Notes: a model not told the origin generated them from the letters alone. Positions 8,765-19,021 are shown, counted from the first letter of the stretch. The stretch: DNA of 64,000 bases from Candidatus Latescibacterota bacterium (GCA_965222075.1 OZ244937.1:800001-864000); one strand, 5' to 3'. Numbers and translations are program-made.

Positions 8765-10540
8765 CTAAAGGGGCTTGAGACCGAGTTCGCGTAGCTGAGT
8801 CGGATCGACTTCGGAGGGGGCCCCGTCCATCAGTGAGGCGGCAGTATTGGTTTTGGGGAAGGCGATGACATCCCGAATAAATTCCACCCCGGCCATCAGG
8901 GCGATGAGGCGGTCGTACCCAAATGCGATGCCTCCATGGGGGGGGGCGCCGTAGCGAAACGCATTGAGGAGAAACCCGAATTTAGCTTCGGCCTCTTCCA
9001 AGGAGATGCCCAGCAATTGGAAGATCCGCTCCTGAATATCCCGCCGGTGGATACGGACACTCCCGCCGGCGATTTCGTTGCCGTTGAGCACCAGGTCGTA
9101 GGCGCGGGCCCGGACGGCCGCAGGGTTGGACTCCAGGTTGTCCAGGTCGGCTTCCAGGGGCGAAGTAAAGGGGTGGTGGACGGCGACAAAGCGTTTCTCC
9201 TCCTCGTCCCATTCAACCAGGGGAAACCGGGTGACCCAGAGGAAGCGATACTCGTCGTTGTGAATAAGGTCGAGCTGACGGGCGAGTTCCAGGCGGAGGT
9301 TGCCAAGGGCCTGCGCAACGACGCCGGGCTGATCGGCCACAAAGAGGAGGAGGTCTCCGGGGGCGGCGTCCAGGGCCTTTCGAATCTGGTTCTGCGCCCC
9401 TTCGGGGAAGAATTTGACGATGGAGGATTCGAGGCCTTTATCCGTGACCTTGATCCAGGCGAGGCCTTTGGCCCCGAACCGGCCCGCCAACGCCCCCAGG
9501 TCGTCAATCTGTTTGCGGGAGAGGCCTGCGCATCCCCTGGCGTTGATGCCCCGGACCTGCCCTCCGGCATCCAGCACATTCCGGAAGACCTGGAACTCGG
9601 AGGCCAGCGCAGGGGCTTTCAGGTCGACGATTTCAAAACCGAACCGGGTGTCCGGTTTGTCGATGCCGTAGCGGTTGATGGCCTCCTGGTAGGTGAGCTT
9701 TGGAAAGGGGCGGGGGACGTTGATGTTGAGGATGTCTTTGAACAGGTGGACGGTGAGGTTTTCGGCCAGGTCCATCACGTCGTTTTCGTCCACAAAAGAC
9801 ATTTCGATGTCAATCTGGGTAAACTCGGGCTGGCGGTCGCCCCGGAGGTCCTCGTCACGGAAGCAGCGGACAATCTGGAAGTAGCGGTCGAAGCCGGCGA
9901 CCATCAGGAGCTGCTTGTAGGTCTGGGGGGACTGGGGGAGGGCGTAAAACATGCCCCTGTTGACCCGGCTGGGAACAAGGTAGTCCCTTGCGCCTTCGGG
10001 TGTGCTTTTCATCAAAAACGGGGTTTCGATTTCCAGGAAGCCTTGAGAGGTCATGAAGCGGCGCGTGGATTGGGAGACCCGATGGCGCAGGACCAGGATT
10101 TCCTGCATATCGGCGCGCCTCAAGTCCAGGTAGCGGTAGCGCAGCCGGAGCTCTTCGTTGACATCGATATCCGGTTCGATGGCGAAGGGCGGGGTTTCGG
10201 CCTCGTTGAGGATGCGCAGTTCGGCGCACTCCACGTCGACTGCGCCGGTGGGCAATTTGGGGTTCGCCATCCCTTCGGGCCGGGGTTCGACCTTCCCCTT
10301 GACGGCCAGGACGTATTCGCTGCGGATGTGCTCCGCTTTTTTGTGCACCCCGGGGTTCACATCGGGCCGGAAGACGACCTGGGTGATGCCGCACCGGTCC
10401 CGCAGGTCGACGAAGATAACCCCGCCGTGGTCCCGACGCCTGGTGACCCAGCCCATAAGCGTGACTGCACTGCCCACGTCTTCCAGACGCAAGTCTGCAC
10501 AGGTATGGGTGCGCTTCCAGTTGCCCAACGACTCCACCAT
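8765..10540 (-). CDS. aspS: Aspartate--tRNA ligase, probably non-discriminating (Asp/Asn)
   Basis: RRDHGG, STPEGARDY, PQSPQ, FRDEDLR, GAPPHGG; the His of RDHG and Gly of RPEG are non-discriminating signatures. ATG at 10540 chosen over 10567. Confidence 0.96.
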   Translation of the reverse strand: MVESLGNWKRTHTCADLRLEDVGSAVTLMGWVTRRRDHGGVIFVDLRDRCGITQVVFRPDVNPGVHKKAEHIRSEYVLAVKGKVEPRPEGMANPKLPTGAVDVECAELRILNEAETPPFAIEPDIDVNEELRLRYRYLDLRRADMQEILVLRHRVSQSTRRFMTSQGFLEIETPFLMKSTPEGARDYLVPSRVNRGMFYALPQSPQTYKQLLMVAGFDRYFQIVRCFRDEDLRGDRQPEFTQIDIEMSFVDENDVMDLAENLTVHLFKDILNINVPRPFPKLTYQEAINRYGIDKPDTRFGFEIVDLKAPALASEFQVFRNVLDAGGQVRGINARGCAGLSRKQIDDLGALAGRFGAKGLAWIKVTDKGLESSIVKFFPEGAQNQIRKALDAAPGDLLLFVADQPGVVAQALGNLRLELARQLDLIHNDEYRFLWVTRFPLVEWDEEEKRFVAVHHPFTSPLEADLDNLESNPAAVRARAYDLVLNGNEIAGGSVRIHRRDIQERIFQLLGISLEEAEAKFGFLLNAFRYGAPPHGGIAFGYDRLIALMAGVEFIRDVIAFPKTNTAASLMDGAPSEVDPTQLRELGLKPL

Positions 10541-10566
10541 CGTTCGCTTCTTGTGTGTAGAAGGCA

Positions 10567-11865
10567 TTATTTTTTACTATCTTGTGCGTTGGTCTTCAGG
10601 TGAGGCCAAAGGGTGTCGAAACAATCTCTCGAAACGGCATTCTGGGTTCGGTTTACCAGGTTTTTTACCACAACGGCATTTGAATGGACCTCATCCGGAC
10701 CGATGATGACAACGGTGGGAATCCCCTTCCTGTCGGCATACTTCAGCTGCTTGTCCAGCCGGTGCGCGGGGTTCAAATAGAGTTCTGTGGAAATCCCGTG
10801 TTCTCTGGCGGTGCGGGCAAAAGAGACCGAGTGTTCTACAAGGTCCTCAGAAAAAACCGTAACCAGTACATCGGCGCATTTTGTACGAATTTCAGGGTAA
10901 AGATCGACTTCTTTTAACAGTTCGGTCATCGCCATGTCGCCCAAGGCAAATCCGACCCCGGGGAGGTCTCGCTTTCCCCCAACCTGAACGGTGAGATTAT
11001 CGTAGCGGCCCCCTCCAAATACCGCCCTTCTAAGCGTTGTTTTTGCCCAGGCTTCGAAGACCGTGCGGGTATAGTAGTCGAAGCCGCGGACGATCTTTAA
11101 ATCCGGCTCCACATATTCGGCTACCCCGTTGAGGTCCAGCTGCGTCAGAATCTGCTGAAGCCAGGGGAAAGATGTCAGGTCTTTGGTTTTGAGGATGTGG
11201 TCCAGCCTGTCGATTTTATTTTCGGATAACCCTATCTTTTCCAGTTCATTGTGAAATTTCGACGGGTGCATTTTATCCATTCGGTCCACAAGGGCGAACA
11301 GCGGGTGAATCCATTGGTGGGGGATGTCCAGGGTGGTGCGTAAAAACCGTTCCAGCCCGTCGCGGTCGTTTATTTTGATGGTGACGTGATCCGGTGTGAG
11401 CCCCAGACTTTTGAATAAAAGACAGGCAATGGTGATGATCTCCGCATCCGCAGCGTGGCTCTCGCTTCCGAGGAGATCGATATTCCACTGGAAGAAGGCG
11501 CGCGCCCGTCCCCTCTGGGGCCTTTCGTAACGAAAAAATTGGCCGTATGACTGCCAGCGAATGGGGAAGACCGTCTGCCCTTCCCGCTGGGCGACCATGC
11601 GCGCCAGCGTGGGGGTTAACTCCGGGCGAAGCACGAGCAGCCTGCCGTCTCTATCGGTCAGGGAAAAGGTCTGCCGGTTGACGATCTCCTCGCTGCTCTT
11701 GTCCAAATAGAGGTCCATGTGCTCGATGATGCTTCCTTCATATTCCTGGTATCCAAACGAGGTCCCAAGCGAGATGAATTTCTCTGCAAGCCACTTCTGG
11801 TATTCCCAATCTTCGGGATAGAAGTCCCGTGTTCCTTTGACGCGCTGGACGAGTTGCCGGGCCAT
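10567..11865 (-). CDS. hisS: Histidine--tRNA ligase
   Basis: KGTRDF, LRPELT, FRYERPQRGR, VRGFDYYT, GGGRYD, C-terminal anticodon-binding domain. Confidence 0.96.
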   Translation of the reverse strand: MARQLVQRVKGTRDFYPEDWEYQKWLAEKFISLGTSFGYQEYEGSIIEHMDLYLDKSSEEIVNRQTFSLTDRDGRLLVLRPELTPTLARMVAQREGQTVFPIRWQSYGQFFRYERPQRGRARAFFQWNIDLLGSESHAADAEIITIACLLFKSLGLTPDHVTIKINDRDGLERFLRTTLDIPHQWIHPLFALVDRMDKMHPSKFHNELEKIGLSENKIDRLDHILKTKDLTSFPWLQQILTQLDLNGVAEYVEPDLKIVRGFDYYTRTVFEAWAKTTLRRAVFGGGRYDNLTVQVGGKRDLPGVGFALGDMAMTELLKEVDLYPEIRTKCADVLVTVFSEDLVEHSVSFARTAREHGISTELYLNPAHRLDKQLKYADRKGIPTVVIIGPDEVHSNAVVVKNLVNRTQNAVSRDCFDTLWPHLKTNAQDSKK

Positions 11866-11942
11866 GGGGGTTCGGACCTCAATTTATGAAACGTTTTGGA
11901 TAGATTGGCAAAACTAAACAGAAGTGACCGTGTTGTCAAGAG

Positions 11943-13250
11943 CTATCCACTTTCAATGCGAAAGGCGCCCTTGATGTGTTGGATGCTGTGGCCGTCTTTG
12001 GAGAGGCGGATGGCCATCACATCAAAACGGGGGATGCACGCCGGGGAAGCGTGGCGCTGAAGGTAGGCCCGGGCGACGCGGGCAATCTGGCGCTGTTTTT
12101 CGGGGGTGACCCGGGCTTCGGGAGGCCCGAAGTGGGGGGAGGTGGCGGTTTTGACTTCGACGAAGGCCAGGGTGTTCCCTTTCAGGGTGACGATGTCGAT
12201 TTCGCCTCTGGCCGCCCGGTACCCGCGGGCGAGGATGCGATAGCCCTTCCGGACCAGGTCTTTTGCGGCGATGTCTTCCCCCCGGCGGCCGGTGCGAGAC
12301 AGGGCGGTTTGCTGCTGCGCGTAGCGTTTCCGGAGGGCCTCCACCTCATCCTGGGGCAGGGCCTCACGCGCAGCGGCGATGCTGCGGCCTATGGCCTTTA
12401 ATTGGGGCAGGTCCGCGGCCTGGCCGATGCCTTCGGCAAAGATCCGGAAGTCTTCAGAACGGGCGGGGGAAAGGTCGGCCACACCGGCGAAGGATCGCCG
12501 GTGAATGAGGCAGGGGCCGTGTTCCCGGAGGGCACGGAGGTGGTTGGGGCTGCCGTAGCCTTTGTGTCCGGCAAATCCGTAGAGGGGGTACTGCCTGTCG
12601 TATTCAACCATCTGCCGGTCCCGGGTGACTTTGGCCACGATTGAGGCCGCGGCGATGGAGAGGGAGGTGGCGTCTCCGTCTACCACGGCGATTTCAGGAT
12701 AAGGGCCTTCCGGGAGACCCTTTCCGTCCACCATCACCCGGTCGGGGGGGAGGGAGAGGCCTTCAAGGGCCCGGCGCATGGCCAGATAGGTGGCCTGGAG
12801 GATGTTGAGACGGTCGATTTCGGCGGGGTCTGCCCGGCCGACGGCTACGGCCAGTCCGACCTGATGGATGCGGTCGAAGAGGGCCTCCCTCCGTTCGGGG
12901 GAGAGGGCTTTGGAGTCGTTGAGGCCGGGGATGAGGGCGTCCCGGGGGAGGATGACGGCGGCCGCCACAACCGGACCGGCTAAGGGGCCCCGGCCGGCCT
13001 CGTCCACCCCGGCGATGCGCCGAATGCCCTTCGCGTGGAGTTTCCGTTCCAGGGCGAGCATCTTTTCCAGCCGGGCGCGTTCGGCGGCTTCGGCCCTGCG
13101 GCGTTTGCGCTCCCGGAGGGCCAGGTTTTTCACGCCGCTCCTGGGGTCGGCCTCAAGGGCGTTTATCAGGGTGTCGTCGATGCTGTCCAGGGTGCTGATG
13201 AGGTCCCGGATTGCGGCGATTGTGAGTGTGGAGAGGTCGGGGAGGGACAT
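11943..13250 (-). CDS. rnhB: Ribonuclease HII fused to a YraN (UPF0102) domain
   Basis: AGVDEAGRGPLAGPV, LNDSK, AAASIVAKVTRD, HKGYG, HRRSF; then GRRGEDIA...GEIDIV...FVEVKT...RFDV. Start set at ATG 13250. Confidence 0.92.
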   Translation of the reverse strand: MSLPDLSTLTIAAIRDLISTLDSIDDTLINALEADPRSGVKNLALRERKRRRAEAAERARLEKMLALERKLHAKGIRRIAGVDEAGRGPLAGPVVAAAVILPRDALIPGLNDSKALSPERREALFDRIHQVGLAVAVGRADPAEIDRLNILQATYLAMRRALEGLSLPPDRVMVDGKGLPEGPYPEIAVVDGDATSLSIAAASIVAKVTRDRQMVEYDRQYPLYGFAGHKGYGSPNHLRALREHGPCLIHRRSFAGVADLSPARSEDFRIFAEGIGQAADLPQLKAIGRSIAAAREALPQDEVEALRKRYAQQQTALSRTGRRGEDIAAKDLVRKGYRILARGYRAARGEIDIVTLKGNTLAFVEVKTATSPHFGPPEARVTPEKQRQIARVARAYLQRHASPACIPRFDVMAIRLSKDGHSIQHIKGAFRIESG

Positions 13251-13418
13251 AGGCTTGAAGCGTGAAAGGGGGTTGACTGGTCTCGCCGGATTTGGCAATC
13301 CAGGTCGAGCGGCGTTTTTAATGTAGGACGGACCGGCAGAGGTGTCAAGGGGTTTGGTAGAGCGGGACGGAGGGATAGAGGTCAAACGCTGACTTCCGCG
13401 ATTTGATTTCCACGAGGG

Positions 13419-15281
13419 TTGTTTATATATTACTTAGCTTATGTTATTGCAAAAACTTGGAAGCCCTTTTCTAAACCGGACCGACAGGTTGTGGAAGCGC
13501 AAGATAGATACAAGAATTTCAGGAGGCTGCTGGTCTATGTGCGGCCCTACGTCCGGGGCCTGATCCTGGCCCTGATGTTGACGGTGGCGCTGACGGTGCT
13601 GGGGATGACGCCGCCCCTGATTGCCATGTATATTATCGATTCGGTGATTATCGCGGGCAATTGGGGGGCGCTGGAGGTCTTGCTGTTGATCTCCATTCTG
13701 ATTCCGGTGCTTCTGACCGGCCTCCGGGTGGCCACCACCTATAAGATCTCCTACATCTCCTACAAGCTGATTATGGATATCCGGCTGAAGATCTACGAAC
13801 ACATTCTGGCCCTGTCGATGAAATTTCACGAAGAGATGGGGACGGGGAAGGTGATGTCCCGGATTATGGGGGATGTGGTGACGGTGCGCAGTATGGTGAC
13901 CCAGCGGATGCTGGAGATGATGACCGACGCCGTCGTCTTCCTGACTGCGATCGGGCTCTGCTTTGGCCTGAACTGGAAGCTGGCGCTGATGCTGGTGGCC
14001 ATGATGCCGCTTTATCTTTTAAACCATAAACTCTTCATCGGGGGCCTGCGGTCTGCCTGGCAGAGGTGGCGGGCGAAGATGGATGAGATGTCCACTGGGC
14101 TTCAGGAGCGGCTCACCGGCGTGCGGCTGGTAAAGGCTTACGGGCGGGAGCGGCGCGAGAACCGGGCCTTTATGGAGGATACCCGGGAGAGTTTTGAGTA
14201 CGCGATGCAGGGCGTGATGTACCGGGTGCACCAGGAGACCGGGAACTGGGCCCTGACCGGGCTGCGCAATACGCTGGTGTTCTGCGTGGGGTGCTACTTT
14301 GTGATCCAGGGAGAGATGACCTACGGGGCGGTGATGGCGTTTCAGGCCTATGCCATGCGCATGTTCCAGCCGGTGCTCAACCTGATCAGAATGGCCACCG
14401 AATTTGAGCGGATGATGATTTCTCTGGACCGGATCTTTGAGATCCTGGACTGGCCGGTTGAAATTGCGGACCGGCCCGGGGCCAGGGAGATGCCGCGCCT
14501 CCGGGGGCACGTGGTGTTCGACCACGTCTGGTTCGAGTACACGCCGGGAGAGCCGGTTCTCAAGAATACCTGCCTGGAGGTTCAGCCGGGGACGCTGGTG
14601 GCTCTGGTGGGGCATACCGGGTGCGGGAAGACGACGCTGACGAGTCTGTTGATGCGGTTTTACGACGTGGCCCGGGGGACGATCACCATCGATGGAAACG
14701 ATATCCGGGATGTGAAGCTCAGGTCTCTGCGGAAGCAGATCGGCCAGGTGCTGCAGGATTCGGTGCTCTTTGATATGAGTATAAAAGACAACCTGCGCTA
14801 CGGCCACTTAGACGCCACCGAGGCGGAGATGATCGCAGCGGCCCGGATGACGGAGATCCACGAATTCATTATGCGCACTCCACAGGGCTACGATACGATG
14901 CTTGGAGAGGACGGGATCAAGCTTTCCGTGGGGGAAAAACAGCGGCTTGCCATTGCCCGGGCGGTGCTGACCGATCCGGCCATTTTGGTCCTGGACGAGG
15001 CCACGTCGGCGCTGGATTCCCTGTCTGAAGCGCTGATTCAGAAGGCGATGGCAAACGTGCTGAAGGGGCGGACGTCGTTCGTGATCGCCCATCGGCTGTC
15101 GACGATTGTGAATGCGGACCTGATTGTGGTGATGGACCAGGGGAAGATCATAGAGATGGGGCGCCACGAGGAACTGGTGCGGAAGCCGGACGGGATGTAC
15201 CGGCAGCTCTACGAGCAGCAGTTTGCCGGGCTTGACGCGCAGGAACTCGCAACTGGGGTGGTAAAGGGCGGAAGGCGATGA
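13419..15281 (+). CDS. ABC exporter half-transporter (TMD+NBD), subunit 1
   Basis: TM domain, Walker A GHTGCGKT, signature LSVGE, Walker B LVLDE, AHRLST. True start may be GTG near 13491. Confidence 0.93.
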   Translation: MFIYYLAYVIAKTWKPFSKPDRQVVEAQDRYKNFRRLLVYVRPYVRGLILALMLTVALTVLGMTPPLIAMYIIDSVIIAGNWGALEVLLLISILIPVLLTGLRVATTYKISYISYKLIMDIRLKIYEHILALSMKFHEEMGTGKVMSRIMGDVVTVRSMVTQRMLEMMTDAVVFLTAIGLCFGLNWKLALMLVAMMPLYLLNHKLFIGGLRSAWQRWRAKMDEMSTGLQERLTGVRLVKAYGRERRENRAFMEDTRESFEYAMQGVMYRVHQETGNWALTGLRNTLVFCVGCYFVIQGEMTYGAVMAFQAYAMRMFQPVLNLIRMATEFERMMISLDRIFEILDWPVEIADRPGAREMPRLRGHVVFDHVWFEYTPGEPVLKNTCLEVQPGTLVALVGHTGCGKTTLTSLLMRFYDVARGTITIDGNDIRDVKLRSLRKQIGQVLQDSVLFDMSIKDNLRYGHLDATEAEMIAAARMTEIHEFIMRTPQGYDTMLGEDGIKLSVGEKQRLAIARAVLTDPAILVLDEATSALDSLSEALIQKAMANVLKGRTSFVIAHRLSTIVNADLIVVMDQGKIIEMGRHEELVRKPDGMYRQLYEQQFAGLDAQELATGVVKGGRR

Positions 15282-17236
15282 ACGAGAATTTTCGACGATT
15301 TGTAAAGACCTACATCCGGCCGTTCTGGGGCCGGATGACGCTGGTGATGGTTCTGGCGGGGGTCACGTCCTCTTACTGGTTCGTGCTGGGATTTCTGTCC
15401 AAGGTGACCGTGGATCATGTGCTTCAGCTCAGGCCCGGCGCGGAGGCCGCACAGGGGCAGGAGCTGAGGGGGAGGGACAGCCGGATGCCCGGCCTGCGCG
15501 ATGGGGCTGTCCGGGAACGGGAAGGCAGGCCCCTGCACCGGGACCCCCAGGTTGTGCTGCCGGGTCTGGGTGGACAGGAAGCGGCGGGACCGAAGAAGAC
15601 CAGGACCGAACAGCTTTACTGGCTCTGGGTGATTTTTTTCGCCTATCTGCTGGTCCGGATGACTTTTGCAGCGAGCAACTGGTTTTATATGTATAACATC
15701 TCCTTTGTGGGACATCGGATTGTCTCTCGCGTTCGGGTGGATTTGCACGAAAAGGTCCAGAAGCTGCAGATGACCTTTTTCGATCGGCAGCAGACGGGCA
15801 AGATCATGTCCCGCATCCTGGACGATGTGGGGCTGCTGCAAAGCGAGGTGACCTCGACGTTTGTGGAGACGGTGCGACACGTTACCCGGCTGCTGATCGG
15901 CATCGTCATCCTGCTGATGATCAATCCGAAGCTGGGGCTGCTGGCCCTGCTGGCTCTGCCCCTTTATGTGGTGGCCTACAAGGTCTTTCAGCATTCGATT
16001 GCCGTGACTTCTTTAAGAATGCGGGAGGCCTATGCAGAGGCTTACGGTATTCTGGAGGAGCGGGTGCGGGGAATTCGGGTGGTGCTTTCGTTTGCGCGGG
16101 AACGAGGAGAACTGCGGGCGTTTTTCCGGCGGGTGGCGACGACCTTCCGGCTGTCCGTTAAACGGTGGATGCTGAATACCGGCCTGGGGGCGACCTGCTC
16201 GGCGGTGAGCGCGGTGGCCACGGCGCTGGTGTTTTACTGGGGCGCTTTGGCCGTGAAATCGGGGGAGATGACGGTGGGCGACCTGGTCTATTTCAACATG
16301 TCGCTGGGCGCCCTGTTTATGCCCCTGGTGGCGCTGACCAATATCAACGCCACCATTTTGGAGATGCTGGTGGTGATTTCCCGCGTGTTTGAGGTCCTGG
16401 ATGAAGAGGTCTTGATTCAGGACCGGCCCGGCGCGGTCCGGCTGGACCGGGTTCGGGGGCGGGTGGCTTTTCAGCACGTCTGGTTTCGGTACAGTGAGCG
16501 CGGAGATTATGTGCTGAAGGACCTGCGCTTCGAGGTGAAGCCGGGGACCTCCGTGGCGGTGGTGGGGCCTTCGGGTTCGGGGAAGAGTACCCTGTTGAGC
16601 CTGCTGCTGCGGCTTTATGAGCCGACTGAAGGATCGGTTCTGATCGACGATTACGACATCCGGGATGTCAAGCTCTCCTCCCTCCGGAAACATATCGGCA
16701 TGGTGCCTCAGGAACCGATCCTTTTCTCGGGTACTGTTGCGGAGAATATCGTCTACGGGCGAGACGATGCCACCCCCGATCAGATTATGGAGGCGGCGAA
16801 GGCAGCGGAACTCCACGATTTTATTATGAGCCTGCCGGAGAAGTACGAGGCCCATGTGGGGGAGCGGGGAGGCAATTTGTCGGGGGGGCAGAAACAGCGC
16901 CTGGCTTTTGCGATGGCGCTGCTGCACGATCCAAGTATTTTGATTCTTGACGATACGACCTCGGCATTAGACGCCAGGACCGAGTCGCGCATCCAGCAGA
17001 CACTGGATCGGGTTATGAAGGGGCGGACGACCTTTGTGATTACCCACAGGATCTCGACGGCGATGCGGGCGGAACGGGTTCTGGTGTTGGACAACGGTCG
17101 AATGGCAGGATGGGGGAAACACGAGGATCTGATTCGAGAGGGGGGGGTCTATCGCCGGATCTACGAACAGCAGCAGGCGCAGGCAGAGGATGAGCTGCCC
17201 TTAGAAGTAGACGGAGAAGCTGTCAAGACTGTTTGA
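15278..17236 (+). CDS. ABC exporter half-transporter (TMD+NBD), subunit 2
   Basis: ATGA overlap with subunit 1; GPSGSGKS, LSGGQ, Walker B LILDD. Confidence 0.93.
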   Translation: MNENFRRFVKTYIRPFWGRMTLVMVLAGVTSSYWFVLGFLSKVTVDHVLQLRPGAEAAQGQELRGRDSRMPGLRDGAVREREGRPLHRDPQVVLPGLGGQEAAGPKKTRTEQLYWLWVIFFAYLLVRMTFAASNWFYMYNISFVGHRIVSRVRVDLHEKVQKLQMTFFDRQQTGKIMSRILDDVGLLQSEVTSTFVETVRHVTRLLIGIVILLMINPKLGLLALLALPLYVVAYKVFQHSIAVTSLRMREAYAEAYGILEERVRGIRVVLSFARERGELRAFFRRVATTFRLSVKRWMLNTGLGATCSAVSAVATALVFYWGALAVKSGEMTVGDLVYFNMSLGALFMPLVALTNINATILEMLVVISRVFEVLDEEVLIQDRPGAVRLDRVRGRVAFQHVWFRYSERGDYVLKDLRFEVKPGTSVAVVGPSGSGKSTLLSLLLRLYEPTEGSVLIDDYDIRDVKLSSLRKHIGMVPQEPILFSGTVAENIVYGRDDATPDQIMEAAKAAELHDFIMSLPEKYEAHVGERGGNLSGGQKQRLAFAMALLHDPSILILDDTTSALDARTESRIQQTLDRVMKGRTTFVITHRISTAMRAERVLVLDNGRMAGWGKHEDLIREGGVYRRIYEQQQAQAEDELPLEVDGEAVKTV

Positions 17237-17310
17237 CGGGCGAGAGACAGCCTGCAAGAGGGCGGCATATTTTCCGGGGCCGCCTCCGGGCGACGAACGT
17301 TGGCTGCATT

Positions 17311-18081
17311 TCAGACTGTGGCGCCTTGGAGGCGTTGGAGGAAGGTTTCGTCTTTTCCGCTGTATTTCTTGCTACAGAGGTCACAGCCGATGCAGGAACG
17401 GTTGTAGCAGTTCTTGTGTACGCGAACAGGATACTGCTTTTTGAACGCTTCCTCGCATTTTTCTGAACAGAAGGTGTAGCGGTCCTGGTAATTTCCAAAC
17501 GCGGCGTAGACGATAATCGGCTCGCCTTCCGTTTCTGTCAGGTGTTTTTCGCACCAACCGCAGATGCCGGCCTGCTCCCGGGTTCGGGTTTTCCGCTTTT
17601 TGGTGATTTCCTCTTCGGTCCAGGCGAATTCGATGTACTCGACGTTCTCCTTGGAGACCTTGGCGCGGACCACGCCGTCGGTGATCCCCAGGATGTAGTC
17701 CCCTCTGGTGTCAAATGTGGTGCCGCATTCGATGGTGTTCGCGTTTTTGAGGTGGATGATGGATTTGCCCTCTTCGGGGGAGATAAAGGAGAACCATCCA
17801 CAACTGGCGCAGACGCTGGTGAAGAGGAACTGCCGGGTTTTGTGCCCGCAGGAGGGACAGCGCCCTTCCTCCATCAGTCTGATATCCCGGAGGGAGGCCT
17901 TGGCCGCCTCTTTGACGGCGGTATCGATTTCCTCCATCGTTTGATCCAGGCCCTCCCCGCCCTCCGAAAGGAGGGACAGGGCCTCTTCCGCTTCCTCCTC
18001 CTGGCCTTCGATCACAATCTGTTTTGCACGGGCTGTTGACGCGTCTTCGTCCTCGTCCCGCGTGAAGAGTCCCTTCAGCAT
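17311..18081 (-). CDS. Cys-rich hypothetical protein with several predicted metal sites
   Basis: GGAGG RBS; acidic N-terminus; CPSC...CASC, CGWC...FCSEKC, HKNC...CIGCDLC. Confidence 0.8.
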   Translation of the reverse strand: MLKGLFTRDEDEDASTARAKQIVIEGQEEEAEEALSLLSEGGEGLDQTMEEIDTAVKEAAKASLRDIRLMEEGRCPSCGHKTRQFLFTSVCASCGWFSFISPEEGKSIIHLKNANTIECGTTFDTRGDYILGITDGVVRAKVSKENVEYIEFAWTEEEITKKRKTRTREQAGICGWCEKHLTETEGEPIIVYAAFGNYQDRYTFCSEKCEEAFKKQYPVRVHKNCYNRSCIGCDLCSKKYSGKDETFLQRLQGATV

Positions 18082-18474
18082 GGCGCCGAGCCTCCATCCC
18101 TGTTATAATTTCTCGTCCTTGTAGATGTAATCAGGGTGTTGTTTTTTCTGCTCATACGGTAATGGATATTTGCAACCAGGCCTTTATTTTTCTGCTTAGC
18201 TATTAAACAACAAGCCCCGGAAGATGCGGAAATATCAGATAAGCTTAATAAATATAGGGATTTTAGCGACACCAGTCAACGCCTGTGGGGATTTTTTTAA
18301 GGGGGTGAAGCTTATTGCCTCAGCCTGAGAGACCGCCTGAGAGACCTCCCGCCCGGACGTGGTAGATGAATGATTTCCACGAAAACCTTGAGGCCGATTT
18401 CTTTTAACGTATTGGTTTTTTTATTCACATAGACTCTGCGGTCTCTTAGCCTTCAAGAAAACACTTGTGTCCTT

Positions 18475-18803
18475 CAATACTGTGAACAGTTTTTGACAAA
18501 AAAGTGCCGTTTACGCAGATTAAGGTATCTCAAACCGTCAAGTCAAAGATACCCCTTATCTGGAGAAACGGCACAATGGAACTGGCAGAGAATATACTCA
18601 ACCGCTTCAACATTTCCAAGCCTCAAAGAAAGTTTCTGCTGATCCTGTTTACAACAATCCTGACCTGCCTGTGCGTTGCACGCTTGCCTGCGCGCAGCGC
18701 GCAGGCAAGTCGGTTTGGACCCGACTTGGATAAAAAAACGACCCGAATACCAAATGCTCAGAGAATATGGCAAAATTGCTGCCTAAAATTGTTTACACTA
18801 TTG
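18475..18803 (+). mobile_element. Internally deleted IS (IS4/IS701-like), non-autonomous
   Basis: Terminal inverted repeats CAATACTGTGAACAGTTTT / AAAATTGTTTACACTATTG (16/19); transposase start MELAENILNRFNISKPQRKFLLILFTTIL and end GLDPTWIKKRPEYQMLREYGKIAA* with the core missing. Family assignment from memory. Confidence 0.75.
18664..18709. repeat. Nested CCTGCC...GGCAGG-family palindromes
   Basis: CCTGCCTGTGCGTTGCACG (truncated) followed by CTTGCCTGCGCG-CAG-CGCGCAGGCAAG (27 bp, perfect 12-bp arms). Confidence 0.85.
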
Positions 18804-19021
18804 AACCATAAACTATCCACTTTTTCGTATTTTTACAATAATTTACAGAAAGAACCCGGAGAGCGAGGAAGAGTATGTTGCAATTTGCAACAAATAGACG
18901 TATATTGCAACAGCCGCTGTGGCTCCGGTCCGGGGAGTCGGTCGAGAGGCGTTTTTAAAACCCACATCGGGCCGATGGTGCCCCTGGAAGGAAGGGACGC
19001 GGTTTACGTCGAGGGCGAGAC

